A DNA stretch of 64,000 nucleotides from a phage. The notes below the pieces were generated by a model. It saw only the letters and a program-made list of their open reading frames with translations, was not told the DNA's origin and did no database searches. Positions 49,475-60,252 of this stretch are shown here, in pieces (the first letter of the stretch is position 1; the number at the start of each line of letters is the position of its first letter). The DNA lies in the sequence record PZ862964.1; one strand, given 5' to 3'. Made by a program: the position numbers and the translations under genes.

Positions 49475-50440
49475 TTATATTGCTCCTAATATTTTACTCT
49501 GCGAATTGACAATTCCTGTCATAGTATTAATGTTTGAAATGCTTCCTGCAGTTCCTCCTAATCTACTAAGTCGTGAAAGCGAATTAGATAGTCCAGTAAC
49601 ACCTCCACTATTTCCGAGAACGCTTTGAATACCATTTATAGCAGCAGATTCAAGCCATTCAAGCGCAGCTTGCCTATCAACTGCTCCAGCCTGCATCACT
49701 CTGTACGCAAAAGTAACATCAAATGTAGTTATTTGGTTATCTCCATCATATGATAACTCAGGAGCGCTCACCGACACCGGAATGCATCCAGTGAACATCA
49801 CCGCAGTATGAGGCAATCCATTACGAGCATGAAGATTAACTTGAATATCTGCTTCAACATCTTGTGGTAAAGCACGTAATCCAGTTACTGGGTCTTGAAC
49901 AGCGTTAACCCAGTCTTGCATTGCACGATAGTTACATGCTTCTGAATCCATCCTAAATGAAATAACCAAAGGGTCTAATTCTCTCCCAGTTATACGAATA
50001 TTAGGGGAATTATAGTTCCAGTCAGTTTCGTAGGATAATCTATTCTCTGGCATTTTTACAGAATATATCATCAATCCAGATGAGTTATATGCCATGTTAA
50101 AGAAGTCAATTAAATATGTACCAACTGTAAATGAGCCTAATAAACTTTGAACTGTACGTTGACTCATGGCACCAATAAGATATTTACTAACCCCTGATTT
50201 TCTTATCAGTTTTTGTGTGCCAGCTGTAATTAGCGTAGTAATTCCCTGATTAATATCACCTTGAGTTAATCCTAACCAATCTGAATTTAGGCCCAAGTTA
50301 TTATAAGAAAAGTTGCTAATTGAACTTATCAACGAAGAGCTTTTAGTTGATGGAGTTGTTGCAAAAACGCAGCTAAACATATTATTACGTTGGAAATCTG
50401 CGTTTATTGCTTGATTATTAAATTCCTCTAAAGAATACAT
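49475..50440 (-). CDS. 54: baseplate tail-tube initiator gp54
   Basis: 321-aa ORF at the position and size of T4 gp54. Confidence 0.8.
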   Translation of the reverse strand: MYSLEEFNNQAINADFQRNNMFSCVFATTPSTKSSSLISSISNFSYNNLGLNSDWLGLTQGDINQGITTLITAGTQKLIRKSGVSKYLIGAMSQRTVQSLLGSFTVGTYLIDFFNMAYNSSGLMIYSVKMPENRLSYETDWNYNSPNIRITGRELDPLVISFRMDSEACNYRAMQDWVNAVQDPVTGLRALPQDVEADIQVNLHARNGLPHTAVMFTGCIPVSVSAPELSYDGDNQITTFDVTFAYRVMQAGAVDRQAALEWLESAAINGIQSVLGNSGGVTGLSNSLSRLSRLGGTAGSISNINTMTGIVNSQSKILGAI

Positions 50441-51534
50441 TAAAAAGTCCCCGCATATAAAGAAGCACGGTTTAACGTGATAATTTCTCTCATAGTAATC
50501 TCGAGAGTAAATGTACTAGGGAGGTTTGGAGCAATAGCTAATCCGTTAAAGTTACCATTAGGTGTTTTATCAAATCTAATGCTCTGTATTTGGCATGGAC
50601 CAAATATTTCCGTTTTTCCATCAAACTTAGATGTTGCACCAAAGTTTTTCACCATCCAAATTGTCGGGTTTGAAACTACAAGAACGTTCGTTAAACTTGC
50701 TGTCATTTTCTCAAATAGTGTTTTATTTTTAGCTGCGTCTTCCGGAGATAAAGGTTCAATTAACGTAGAACGATACCAATCATCTAAATACCCCTTTATT
50801 TCAGCAGCGTATTGAGATTTACCTGTTTCACCATAAGAAAAATAGTTAAAATACTGATAGATATTAATAATAGCCATTAAATCTTCTGTTGAACGTGGAG
50901 TCAAATCCCATGTAAACACTTTAGTTCTATTTTCAGCACCACCGTACATACTTCTGGCTGTCGTATAAATCTGCTCATTATTATCAGCCATTATACCTTG
51001 TGTTATACTTTCCAGTGCCCCAAATACTGCGGTTGAAGCAATATTACTTAGCACACCAGTAGCAGTACCTCCGCCTCTACTAATAAGGCTTTCTTGAACA
51101 TCATTAAATCTATGTGATGATGTGTCAACATCAGATTTAGATCTCGGTAAAAGAATGTTTGCGACAGGAGCTTTACTTATTGTTCCTGAATTATTATTTG
51201 ATATTAATCCATTTGATAGTTTTGATACTGTACTACTAATAGTGTTTCTAGCTGTACTTAAAATACTCGAAGATGAAGAAGAGTAGTTAGATCTCATCGA
51301 TCTAAGACTTCCAGAATCCCTAGATGACATATTGTATGCAGTAAATAATAATCCATTCTTATATAGATCTGTTACCTGGAAGTCCCCTGTAGTGTCATTA
51401 CCACTAGCACGCCCAGTTGGAAACTGGGCAGTGTATGTTTTAGTTACTACTTCTGATTTAGTGCTCTGTCCGGCTGAAATTTTCTCACCGGACTTTTTAA
51501 TTAAATCAGCAGTTATTTCTTTAACAATTGCCAT
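50440..51534 (-). CDS. 48: baseplate tail-tube cap gp48
   Basis: 364-aa ORF, size and position as T4 gp48. Confidence 0.8.
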   Translation of the reverse strand: MAIVKEITADLIKKSGEKISAGQSTKSEVVTKTYTAQFPTGRASGNDTTGDFQVTDLYKNGLLFTAYNMSSRDSGSLRSMRSNYSSSSSSILSTARNTISSTVSKLSNGLISNNNSGTISKAPVANILLPRSKSDVDTSSHRFNDVQESLISRGGGTATGVLSNIASTAVFGALESITQGIMADNNEQIYTTARSMYGGAENRTKVFTWDLTPRSTEDLMAIINIYQYFNYFSYGETGKSQYAAEIKGYLDDWYRSTLIEPLSPEDAAKNKTLFEKMTASLTNVLVVSNPTIWMVKNFGATSKFDGKTEIFGPCQIQSIRFDKTPNGNFNGLAIAPNLPSTFTLEITMREIITLNRASLYAGTF

Positions 51535-51542
51535 ATTATTCC

Positions 51543-53315
51543 TTAATTAACTCCAGTCGCATCAAATACACCAGGAGCAGTCGTGCTCGTTACGGGTGTC
51601 ATATTATGAACGACAGTATTTTTCTTAATAACATTATTAGTATTATTGATTGAAGGAGATGCTTGTTGAACAGGAGCTTGCTGTGCTTTGTTCTTTTCAA
51701 TCACCTGGACTTGTTTCGCTTCTGGTGATTTAGCAGAAGTTTCAGGTTTGGCATTAGGCTGATTTTTCTTGAGCTCTTGATAAGTAGCATCAATTTTAGA
51801 AAATCTAGCAGCAAGTTCTTTTTTAACTGCCGGTGAATTATTTAAATCCGGGTCATCCATCCGTTTTTTAAGGTCTTCATAGGCAGCTTCAACTGATTTA
51901 ACCGTTGAGTCTTTACTCATATCAGCTGAATCAGCATATTTTTCAAAACGATTCATAGCAGCACGAGCTTCATTAGCTTTCATTAAAGCAATTTTAGCTT
52001 CCTCTGGAGAAAGCTGCTTTAATTTTTCTTCTTCCTCTGCTCTCTCTTCATCAGTTGTTAGTGCTTCTTTATTATCTACACCACGAATCCAGTTAGATGC
52101 ACGAGTTTTCCAGTTCGCAATTTTGTCTAATCCTTTTGCTATCGGGCCAAGGTCTCCATTCATTCTTTTGTACTGATAATTTGCAACTTTTTCCTGGTCT
52201 TCTTTATTGAGAGATGCTCCAGTAGTATTTTGGAAATTTTCCAGTGCTCTTCCTTCTACTTCATCAGCAGTGTCTTTCATGCCAGGAATGACTCGAAGAA
52301 TTGCAGCAGATAATTTAGCCATGCCTAATTGAATAAGCTCTCCTAAATTAAAAAGAACACTTCCGAGTCCTTCTATGATAGCTGCCGTCAATCCGCCCCA
52401 GTCTCCCTTTTCCCAAAATTGTTGAATTTTATCAATAGAACCAAAGATGCTCTGTAATAAAGGACCCCATGTTCCGGTTTCGCTAGAGAATTTAGTAAAG
52501 TTTGCACTAAACAAGTCCCAGGCTTGTGAAAATTTACCTGACCAGTATTTAAAGTGAACCATCAAAAGGTCTATTCCAACAACAACAGCCAGTATCATTG
52601 CAGTCATTTTAGCAGCTTCAATAGCAGCACTGACGGTGTACTTAAATAGCATGCTTGATATTTTATCAGTAATTGAAATAGATTTCTTAAATCCAAAATC
52701 AACTGTCTTTGTTAATTTATCTAAAGCTTGAGATAATTTTAAGTTAAATGCTTCTTTTTTCTGTTTTTCTTCTGGTGATTCTTGCTTTGGCTCAACTGGC
52801 TGAGGGGTCGGGAAAAAATCAGCATCAGGATCATTATTAACTGCTTCAGGAGTCGGTAATAAAGGACCCACAGATTCAGCAGTATCATCCTCAACGACTT
52901 TAACAGGAATAGCGCTTTCAACTGTGGCTAAACTAGTTCCAGTCTGTTGAATTCCAGCTGTCTGAATTTTTTGCTCTAGTAAACTTGTTAATTTATCTAA
53001 TTTGCTTCCGAGTGATTCACCGATTTCTTTATTAATATTGTTGCCAATTTCGACAGTTTCAGCAATTAACTCAGAACCGGCAGTAGTATCACTCACTGCG
53101 CTTTCTACGTTACCAATTGCTCCAACTATTTCATTCGATTTTTCTTCGACAGTTTGAGCTATTAATTCAGAAGCAGCTTGAGCATCATCCAATTTCGTAG
53201 ATATATCATTAAGTCCAGATAAAGTGTTAGAAGCGGATTTAGCCGCTTCCTGTGTTGGTTTATTATCTGAAATAACTTTTCTACGCATCGTTTGCATTTC
53301 TTGTGGCTTTTTCAT
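51543..53315 (-). CDS. 29: tail tube length determinant gp29
   Basis: 590-aa ORF, helical and charged, size as T4 gp29. Confidence 0.8.
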   Translation of the reverse strand: MKKPQEMQTMRRKVISDNKPTQEAAKSASNTLSGLNDISTKLDDAQAASELIAQTVEEKSNEIVGAIGNVESAVSDTTAGSELIAETVEIGNNINKEIGESLGSKLDKLTSLLEQKIQTAGIQQTGTSLATVESAIPVKVVEDDTAESVGPLLPTPEAVNNDPDADFFPTPQPVEPKQESPEEKQKKEAFNLKLSQALDKLTKTVDFGFKKSISITDKISSMLFKYTVSAAIEAAKMTAMILAVVVGIDLLMVHFKYWSGKFSQAWDLFSANFTKFSSETGTWGPLLQSIFGSIDKIQQFWEKGDWGGLTAAIIEGLGSVLFNLGELIQLGMAKLSAAILRVIPGMKDTADEVEGRALENFQNTTGASLNKEDQEKVANYQYKRMNGDLGPIAKGLDKIANWKTRASNWIRGVDNKEALTTDEERAEEEEKLKQLSPEEAKIALMKANEARAAMNRFEKYADSADMSKDSTVKSVEAAYEDLKKRMDDPDLNNSPAVKKELAARFSKIDATYQELKKNQPNAKPETSAKSPEAKQVQVIEKNKAQQAPVQQASPSINNTNNVIKKNTVVHNMTPVTSTTAPGVFDATGVN

Positions 53316-53845
53316 TCAAATAATCCAATAATATTGCCAATTCCAGTTATTGGACCATTAGGGCCAGGAATTGCTAAAGTTGTAAAAATATCATTTGCCC
53401 ATTTTAAAACGAATGCTGGCATCTCAAGAAAATTAATTTCTTTAACTTCATCGTTGACCCTAAGTAAGCATTTAGATAACATATCGCTCACCGTTAAAAA
53501 TTGTTCAAATTTTCCAGGAGGTCTAAAATAAAATGTATTTCCTTGGTATTGAAATTCCAATCTTTGGCATACATAAACATCATTAATGTCATAAGTATAA
53601 CCATCTATTTCTTTACGAGATTTAATCTTTCCATTAAATTCCAATAAATGAATAGAAACGAAATCAACTTCTGCCGGTGATAAATTCGGACAAATAGAAT
53701 CAATAAGAAGTTTTAAATTTTCATCAGGACCTTTAACATCTTTTAAAATGTTATAATGTTTAAGACCCATTTTAGGAATAGAAACTTCTTTATTGCTTAT
53801 TGGAAGAACTACTTTCTTCAGTGGTAGTATCAGATTTAAATTCAT
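53312..53845 (-). CDS. 28: baseplate hub distal subunit gp28
   Basis: 177-aa ORF, size and position as T4 gp28; start may be internal. Confidence 0.75.
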   Translation of the reverse strand: MNLNLILPLKKVVLPISNKEVSIPKMGLKHYNILKDVKGPDENLKLLIDSICPNLSPAEVDFVSIHLLEFNGKIKSRKEIDGYTYDINDVYVCQRLEFQYQGNTFYFRPPGKFEQFLTVSDMLSKCLLRVNDEVKEINFLEMPAFVLKWANDIFTTLAIPGPNGPITGIGNIIGLFE

Positions 53846-54965
53846 TTTTAACCTTAACTGGGTCTATTGTTTCCAGTTTCGTTGCATTAGTGAACATATA
53901 TAGATGAGTTACTGAATTATTATTGGATAATTCATGGATAACTTCATCAACGTAAAATTCTGTTTTAAATTGGTTTTTACTATCATTAAAAATAATTTTA
54001 ACACCAGGAGTCAAGTTAAAATTACCGACAGTAGAACATTTAGCATAGCCGTCATATTGTGCCATAGTTTGAAGACGAATAGCTTCTTCATATCCATTCC
54101 TATAAGTCATTTCAGAATAAGCACCTGACCTTGACACTACAATAGAGTTTTCACCCTTTCCTGTAGTAATCATTGGCAATGAAGAATCTAAAAATGAATG
54201 AGCATAGATAGTAGCATTTTTCATTGGGTCACGTTTGTGAGGATTCGATTTAGTCAACCAAACGAAATCATATGCTAATGGATATTTTAATTCTTGGACA
54301 AATTGACCTATTAAAGATGGCTCACCGACAATCATTGGATATGGTTCTTGATTTATCATCATATCATAGTCCATCATGTTAACTCCCATGATGTCTTGCC
54401 ATACAAATACAAATTTGTCGCTTCCTACAGCTAGAGCAACTTCTCTTACATATGACAAATAGTTTTCAAATGTGCTAGTCCATGGAATATCAGGAACATA
54501 AGCATTTATAGCATTTATTGCTGGAGTTAATAATGTGCGATCCTGATAAATGACACCAAGCATTTCTTTTATAGATTCACCTGCATCAGGGAAAAATGGT
54601 CGACCAAATTTAAGATTTTCTATAGAATGAATAGTTCCCAATTCAATAGCAATGATGTTATCACCTTTTGAATCTACTGACACGGAAAAATGCTTACACC
54701 CATAAATTCGTGTTTTAACATTATTAATATCATTTGCATTAGCTACAGAAATCTGAATTATTTCATTTCCATCCATTTTTGTGTGGATATTTTTAGAATC
54801 ATAAAACTGCAGCATTCCTTCATTTCGGCCATAAAGAGAATCCCGCATAGTTAATGTGGTAATAGTAGCAGCTAATTCAACAAATCTATTATTACTCCAA
54901 GCGTCGTAGCTATCAAATAATTTAACGCTGAGATTTGGATATCCGGGGCGTTGCAACATACTCAT
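53790..54965 (-). CDS. 27: baseplate hub subunit gp27
   Basis: 391-aa ORF, size and position as T4 gp27. Confidence 0.8.
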   Translation of the reverse strand: MSMLQRPGYPNLSVKLFDSYDAWSNNRFVELAATITTLTMRDSLYGRNEGMLQFYDSKNIHTKMDGNEIIQISVANANDINNVKTRIYGCKHFSVSVDSKGDNIIAIELGTIHSIENLKFGRPFFPDAGESIKEMLGVIYQDRTLLTPAINAINAYVPDIPWTSTFENYLSYVREVALAVGSDKFVFVWQDIMGVNMMDYDMMINQEPYPMIVGEPSLIGQFVQELKYPLAYDFVWLTKSNPHKRDPMKNATIYAHSFLDSSLPMITTGKGENSIVVSRSGAYSEMTYRNGYEEAIRLQTMAQYDGYAKCSTVGNFNLTPGVKIIFNDSKNQFKTEFYVDEVIHELSNNNSVTHLYMFTNATKLETIDPVKVKNEFKSDTTTEESSSSNKQ

Positions 54966-55714
54966 TATTGTTTATCCTTCTCAATCAGTTTTAATACGAA
55001 TCCGCGCTCAGCAGGAATCATTTTCATTATTGAATTTAAGCTATAATTACTTTTTACGAGTGTGTGATTAATTTGATAAAAAGTAAATATCTCATCCGGG
55101 TTAACTAATAGCTTAAACACGTCTACTATATCAGTGTATTTTTTAATGTACTTATTACAACATGACATATGTAAAGTTAAATTAATAGGATTCATTGCAT
55201 CGAGAATTTTTTCTAATGTTTCTATCTCGATGGCATCAACAAGTTCTATTTGGCTTGATTCACTAATTTCCTTCCAATCATACCAAATTTCATCTACTTG
55301 AACAGAATGAATATTTTCAGTAATCATCTTTGCTTTATTTTCATAAAACTCAGAAGGAAACTTTAATTTAATTTTAACATTAGCTACATCAAAAACAGGT
55401 TCCTTTAATTCTTTTTGATATATTTCAAATGGAACTGTCTTTTCTTTTTTACATTTTGGACATACAAATGTGACCGGTACTTTAGTTTTACCTATCGACC
55501 CTACAAATACCTGCAAAAATATAAATGGTTGCCAAGTCTTCGGATAGTCTCCAAAATAATCATCAATTAAATCAGTAATTATTTCTTTTTGTTCTTGTGG
55601 TGACCGATGTTCTATATCGTTTCGAACTAACAAAAAATCTCGATAATCTTCTACCGTAAATGGTTTAAAACGATGAACACCATCTGGTAATTTACAACGA
55701 ATAATGTTTGCCAT
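54965..55714 (-). CDS. 51: baseplate hub assembly protein gp51
   Basis: 249-aa ORF with SD AAGGAG; size and position as T4 gp51. Confidence 0.8.
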   Translation of the reverse strand: MANIIRCKLPDGVHRFKPFTVEDYRDFLLVRNDIEHRSPQEQKEIITDLIDDYFGDYPKTWQPFIFLQVFVGSIGKTKVPVTFVCPKCKKEKTVPFEIYQKELKEPVFDVANVKIKLKFPSEFYENKAKMITENIHSVQVDEIWYDWKEISESSQIELVDAIEIETLEKILDAMNPINLTLHMSCCNKYIKKYTDIVDVFKLLVNPDEIFTFYQINHTLVKSNYSLNSIMKMIPAERGFVLKLIEKDKQ

Positions 55715-55731
55715 AGATGCTCCTTTTATTC

Positions 55732-55743
55732 TATTTATAAATA
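55732..55743. promoter_or_regulatory. overlapping divergent late promoters for genes 51 and 26
   Basis: TATTTATAAATA reads TATAAATA on both strands in the 50-bp gap between gene 51 and gene 26. Confidence 0.6.
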
Positions 55744-55764
55744 TGATAAATAAAGGAGCTAAAT

Positions 55765-56391
55765 ATGTATGAATACAAATTTGATGTGAGAGTTGGTTCT
55801 AAAATAATCAATTGTCGCGCATTCACGCTTAAAGAATATCTAGAACTTATTACTGCCAAAAATAATGGTTCCGTAGAAGTAATTGTTAAAAAGCTAATCA
55901 AAGACTGCACAAATGCAAAAGATTTAAACCGCCAAGAATCAGAACTATTGCTGATTCATTTATGGGCACATTCTCTTGGCGAAGTTAATCACGAAAACTC
56001 CTGGAAGTGCACCTGTGGAACTGAAATACCAACCCATATAAATCTATTACATACACAAATAGATGCACCAGAAGACCTCTGGTATACACTGGGTGACATT
56101 AAAATTAAATTCCGATACCCTAAAATTTTTGATGATAAAAATATAGCACACATGATAGTATCATGCATAGAAACGATTCATGCTAACGGGGAAAGCATTC
56201 CAGTTGAAGACTTAAATGAAAAAGAACTGGAAGATTTATATTCTATCATCACAGAGTCAGATATTGTAGCTATAAAAGATATGCTTTTAAAACCTACTGT
56301 TTATTTGGCTGTTCCAATTAAGTGTCCAGAGTGTGGAAAAACCCATGCTCACGTAATAAGAGGCCTCAAAGAGTTCTTTGAGTTACTATAA
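55765..56391 (+). CDS. 26: baseplate hub subunit gp26
   Basis: 208-aa ORF with SD AAAGGAG behind a TATAAATA late promoter. Confidence 0.8.
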   Translation: MYEYKFDVRVGSKIINCRAFTLKEYLELITAKNNGSVEVIVKKLIKDCTNAKDLNRQESELLLIHLWAHSLGEVNHENSWKCTCGTEIPTHINLLHTQIDAPEDLWYTLGDIKIKFRYPKIFDDKNIAHMIVSCIETIHANGESIPVEDLNEKELEDLYSIITESDIVAIKDMLLKPTVYLAVPIKCPECGKTHAHVIRGLKEFFELL

Positions 56392-56393
56392 TG
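56359..56393 (+). promoter_or_regulatory. hairpin-split ribosome-binding site of gene 25
   Basis: SD AGAGG 27 nt from ATG, separated by CTCAAAG-AGTT-CTTTGAG hairpin. Confidence 0.55.
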
Positions 56394-56789
56394 TCAAATA
56401 TTAATAAGCTTTATTCTGACATTGACCCGGAAATGAAAATGGATTGGAACAAAGACGTTTCCAGATCGCTTGGATTAAGGTCAATTAAAAACAGTCTTTT
56501 GGGAATTATTACAACAAGAAAAGGTTCAAGACCGTTTGACCCTGAATTTGGATGTGATTTATCAGACCAGCTTTTTGAAAATATGACTCCTCTTACTGCT
56601 GACACAGTTGAGCGCAATATCGAAAGCGCAGTAAGAAACTATGAGCCACGTATTGATAAATTAGCAGTTAATGTGATACCAGTTTATGATGATTATACTC
56701 TGATAGTAGAAATACGCTTTTCGGTCATCGATAATCCTGATGATATTGAGCAGATAAAACTGCAACTGGCTTCCAGTAATAGAGTATAA
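56391..56789 (+). CDS. 25: baseplate wedge protein gp25
   Basis: 132-aa ORF, size as T4 gp25; SD separated from ATG by a hairpin. Confidence 0.85.
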   Translation: MSNINKLYSDIDPEMKMDWNKDVSRSLGLRSIKNSLLGIITTRKGSRPFDPEFGCDLSDQLFENMTPLTADTVERNIESAVRNYEPRIDKLAVNVIPVYDDYTLIVEIRFSVIDNPDDIEQIKLQLASSNRV

Positions 56790-56815
56790 TGCTTCACGTA
56801 TAAACGTGGTATAAT
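56787..56815 (+). promoter_or_regulatory. MotA-dependent middle promoter upstream of uvsY
   Basis: MotA-box-like TAATGCTTCA, 13 nt, extended -10 TGGTATAAT. Confidence 0.6.
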
Positions 56816-56855
56816 GAATCTAAGTCCATCCAATAACAATTGAATAGAGAACAAT

Positions 56856-57269
56856 ATGAGATTAGAAGATCTTCAAGAAGAATTGAAGAAAGATGTGTTT
56901 ATAGATTCGACTAAATTGCAGTATGAAGCAGCTAATAATGTGATGTTATATAGTAAATGGCTTAATAAGCATTCAAGTATTAAAAAGGAAATGCTTAGAA
57001 TTGATGCACAGAAAAAAGTTGCTCTTAAAGCTAGATTAGACTACTACTCGGGACGAGGAGATGGTGATGAATTTAGTATGGATCGTTACGAGAAATCAGA
57101 AATGAAAACAGTTCTATCAGCTGATAAGGATGTTTTAAAGGTTGATACCTCGTTACAGTATTGGGGGATTTTATTGGATTTCTGTAGCGGAGCTCTTGAT
57201 GCTATTAAATCACGTGGATTTGCTATTAAGCATATTCAAGACATGCGAGCATTTGAGGCTGGAAAATAA
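56856..57269 (+). CDS. uvsY: recombination mediator UvsY
   Basis: 137-aa ORF MRLEDLQEELKKDVFIDSTKLQYEAANN; agrees with recalled T4 UvsY; MotA-box promoter upstream. Confidence 0.9.
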   Translation: MRLEDLQEELKKDVFIDSTKLQYEAANNVMLYSKWLNKHSSIKKEMLRIDAQKKVALKARLDYYSGRGDGDEFSMDRYEKSEMKTVLSADKDVLKVDTSLQYWGILLDFCSGALDAIKSRGFAIKHIQDMRAFEAGK

Positions 57270-57493
57270 TGAGATATAGCATTGATGATGCTTTTAATTA
57301 TGAAGAAGAATTTGAAACTGAGATTCAATTCTTAATGAAAAAGCATAATCTTAAGCGTCAGGATATTCGTATCCTGGCCGACCACCCGTGTGGTGAAGAT
57401 GTCCTTTATATTAAAGGAAAATTTTCCGGATATCTTGATGAATATTTTTATTCTAAAGATATGGGCATTGATATGCATATGAGAGTTGTATAA
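57269..57493 (+). CDS. hypothetical protein (74 aa)
   Basis: ORF starting at uvsY stop (TAATG). Confidence 0.55.
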   Translation: MRYSIDDAFNYEEEFETEIQFLMKKHNLKRQDIRILADHPCGEDVLYIKGKFSGYLDEYFYSKDMGIDMHMRVV

Positions 57494-57496
57494 ATA
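57489..57496 (+). promoter_or_regulatory. late promoter-like TATAAATA
   Basis: TATAAATAGATATATAAT 26 nt upstream of the 55-aa ORF at 57522. Confidence 0.45.
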
Positions 57497-57521
57497 GATA
57501 TATAATTCAGAGGAGACAATC

Positions 57522-57689
57522 ATGTCAGATAAGATTTGTGTTGTCTGTAAAACTCCAATCGATTCTGCATTGGTTGTTGAAACAGACAAAGGTCCTGTAC
57601 ATCCTGGGCCTTGCTATAATTACATTAAAGAACTACCAGTTTCAGAAAGTTCGGAAGAACAATTAAATGAAACACAACTTTTGCTATAG
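57522..57689 (+). CDS. hypothetical 55-aa Cys-containing protein
   Basis: ATG after SD AGGAG; CVVC...GPC cluster; too short for ORF track. Confidence 0.45.
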   Translation: MSDKICVVCKTPIDSALVVETDKGPVHPGPCYNYIKELPVSESSEEQLNETQLLL

Positions 57690-57712
57690 TGTGACCTTTA
57701 GTCTATAGTTTT

Positions 57713-57742
57713 GGCCCTTCCTTTTTGGTTGGGCCTTTTTTA
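57713..57742. terminator. bidirectional terminator-like hairpin
   Basis: GGCCC...GGGCC stem followed by TTTTTTAA between convergent genes. Confidence 0.5.
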
Positions 57743-57744
57743 AT

Positions 57745-57975
57745 TTAAAAGCTTTCTTCTACTTCATCGTCTGAATCTTCTAATTCAGCTCTTTTTCCTG
57801 CCAAAGCATCTCTCACAGAGATGTCATCAGTATCTTTTAATTCAGTTTCTTTAACTCTTTTCTTATAATAAGCTTCAAGTTCTTCTAAACCTTCTAATGT
57901 TTGACAAGAGGCAATTTTACCCATAAATTCATCAATAGAAGCTTCATAAAGAAATTGTTTAAATTCTAGTAACAT
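57745..57975 (-). CDS. small acidic protein UvsW.1-like
   Basis: 76-aa ORF from MLLEF after SD GGAG (minus strand), immediately downstream of uvsW. Confidence 0.6.
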   Translation of the reverse strand: MLLEFKQFLYEASIDEFMGKIASCQTLEGLEELEAYYKKRVKETELKDTDDISVRDALAGKRAELEDSDDEVEESF

Positions 57976-58000
57976 CTTTTTCTCCAAAGGGCCGAAGCCC

Positions 58001-59512
58001 TTATAAATTAACTGTTTTCATTACGTAATTGAATTTTTCATCTGCGTAGCGCTGAATACGATCAATGCCGTGTTTTAAAAGATAGTTCAAATGAACATAT
58101 TTCTTTTTCGTATTAGCAGATTTTGGCTTAACACCACAATCATCTATGAGGTCCCAGACTGTTGCTATTGTCTTAGAACCATGCTTACGTAATACACGAC
58201 CGATTGTTTGTAATACAATGATTTTTGATTTAACACCGTGCGCTAAAACAACGTGATGCAGATTTTTAACTGAAATACCAGTAGAAAATACGCCATAACT
58301 CGCTACTATAATTATTCCTTTACCATTTTCAGCTAAGGTTTTCATTATATTGCGGGTTTCGGTATCAACTTCCCCTGATACGTAATAAACTTTATCATAT
58401 TCATTTTTAATTAAATCGAAAATAGCTTTACCATGCGATACATGTTTAAACATGACAAAAGCGTTTTCATCTTTTTGCGCAAGCTTAATAGCTAATTTAG
58501 CGATCCATTTATTTCTTTTACTGAGCCCAGTAATAATTTTTATTTCTTCTTGGTAAGTTTTTCCCTTTAATTTAGTAGTGAACTCATCGGGATAGCGAAG
58601 AAAAATACTATTAATTTTTAGCTCAGTTACTTGTCCATCTTCCATTAATTTAGAAGTCGTTACTGGTTTAAATATTTCACCAAACATTCCAACATACTGC
58701 ATGATATTGGCTTTGCCATCACGTAATGAACCTGATAGACCAAATTTAAACATGCAGTTATTTAAACCTGATATGATAGATGAAATACTTTTTCCTGTAG
58801 CAAGATGGCATTCATCATTCATCATCATTCCAAACTGTGAGAACCATTCTTTTGGTTGTTTTACTACAGTTTGCCATGTACCAACAACGACTGGTGCATC
58901 ATTTTTATATTTATCATCTTTTGATGCTCCGCCACCAATTTTCTTTATCATTGCATGACTGAATAAACGATAGTCAACAAAGTCATCAGCCATCTGAGTT
59001 GTTAGAGCAGTTGTTGGAACAATGATAAGAATTTTACCTTCATAATTTTCCAAATAATATCGCGCAAGCAAAGCTTGAATTAAAGATTTACCTGCAGATG
59101 TTGGAAGATTAAGAATTCTACGACGATTAACTAATCCTTCGAACACTGCATCTTTTTGATACCAGTGCGGTTCAATTCTTTTATTTCCTGAATAGATTTC
59201 TAATTTAGAAAGCCATTCATCAAAATCTTTTCTTGATAATTCTTCTTTTTCGTTAATTTGTGGATCAATCCAGGCTTTATAGCCAAAATTATCACAGAAC
59301 TTTTTAATTTGCCCGACTAAGCCGAATGGAAGAAGACGATTATAATCTAAAAGACGGATTCGTCCATCCCAGTGGCCATATTTGTATTTCGGATTAAAAC
59401 GATACCCATCAGCTTCAAAGCTAAAGAAATCACGGAGTTCATGAAATGTACTTTCTTCACAATCAATTCTCACGTGACTAAAATCATAAAAATGTACTTT
59501 AATGTCAGTCAT
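58001..59512 (-). CDS. uvsW: DNA helicase UvsW
   Basis: 503-aa ORF with helicase motifs TSAGKS and DECH; TATAAATA late promoter upstream. Confidence 0.9.
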   Translation of the reverse strand: MTDIKVHFYDFSHVRIDCEESTFHELRDFFSFEADGYRFNPKYKYGHWDGRIRLLDYNRLLPFGLVGQIKKFCDNFGYKAWIDPQINEKEELSRKDFDEWLSKLEIYSGNKRIEPHWYQKDAVFEGLVNRRRILNLPTSAGKSLIQALLARYYLENYEGKILIIVPTTALTTQMADDFVDYRLFSHAMIKKIGGGASKDDKYKNDAPVVVGTWQTVVKQPKEWFSQFGMMMNDECHLATGKSISSIISGLNNCMFKFGLSGSLRDGKANIMQYVGMFGEIFKPVTTSKLMEDGQVTELKINSIFLRYPDEFTTKLKGKTYQEEIKIITGLSKRNKWIAKLAIKLAQKDENAFVMFKHVSHGKAIFDLIKNEYDKVYYVSGEVDTETRNIMKTLAENGKGIIIVASYGVFSTGISVKNLHHVVLAHGVKSKIIVLQTIGRVLRKHGSKTIATVWDLIDDCGVKPKSANTKKKYVHLNYLLKHGIDRIQRYADEKFNYVMKTVNL

Positions 59513-59541
59513 GTCTAAATACCATGTAATAAATATATCTA

Positions 59542-59549
59542 TATTTATA
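59542..59549 (-). promoter_or_regulatory. late promoter (TATAAATA) for uvsW
   Basis: TATAAATA on minus strand 30 nt upstream of uvsW ATG. Confidence 0.55.
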
Positions 59550-59562
59550 CTGAGGAAATATT

Positions 59563-60243
59563 ATGATAGATAAAGATTATATTGCAGAGCTGAAGGCTCT
59601 TGATGATAATAAAGAAGCTAAAGCTAAATTAGCTGAATATGCTGAACAGTTTGGTATAAAGGTCAAAAAGAATAAATCTTTTGATAATATCGTTGTTGAT
59701 ATTGAAGAAGCCCTCCAGAAGCTCGCTAGTGAACCTATGCCGGAGACTGATGGGTTATCTATTAAAGACTTAATTGATGCTGCTGATGCTGCAGAGGGGT
59801 TAAAATATGACGATGAAGAAGTCAATCCAGAAGCAGCACTTCTGATTGATTCTCCGGTTAAATCTGACATTAAAATTGAAGTAGTAGAAACGGATAAAAT
59901 TCCTGAAAATACCGATGTTTTGATTGAAGATACTCCTTTTGTTGAAGAAAAATTTGAACAGGCTGTAGCTGAGATTATTGAATCTGAAAAGCCGTCTGTA
60001 TTTACTCTTCCAGAAAACTTTAGTCCGAATCTTCAACTGATTGGAAAAAATCCAGGATTCTGTACTGTTCCTTGGTGGATTTATCAATGGATTGCTGAAA
60101 CTCCGGATTGGAAATCTCATCCAACAAGTTTTGAGCATGCGTCAGCACACCAAACTTTATTTAGCTTAATTTATTACATTAATCGTGATGGATCAGTTTT
60201 AATTCGTGAAACACGCAATTCTTCTTTCGTAACATTAAAATAA
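59563..60243 (+). CDS. inh: Inh-like protein (possible prohead protease inhibitor)
   Basis: 226-aa acidic ORF immediately upstream of hoc; identity by synteny and size only. Confidence 0.5.
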   Translation: MIDKDYIAELKALDDNKEAKAKLAEYAEQFGIKVKKNKSFDNIVVDIEEALQKLASEPMPETDGLSIKDLIDAADAAEGLKYDDEEVNPEAALLIDSPVKSDIKIEVVETDKIPENTDVLIEDTPFVEEKFEQAVAEIIESEKPSVFTLPENFSPNLQLIGKNPGFCTVPWWIYQWIAETPDWKSHPTSFEHASAHQTLFSLIYYINRDGSVLIRETRNSSFVTLK

Positions 60244-60252
60244 GGATAACTT

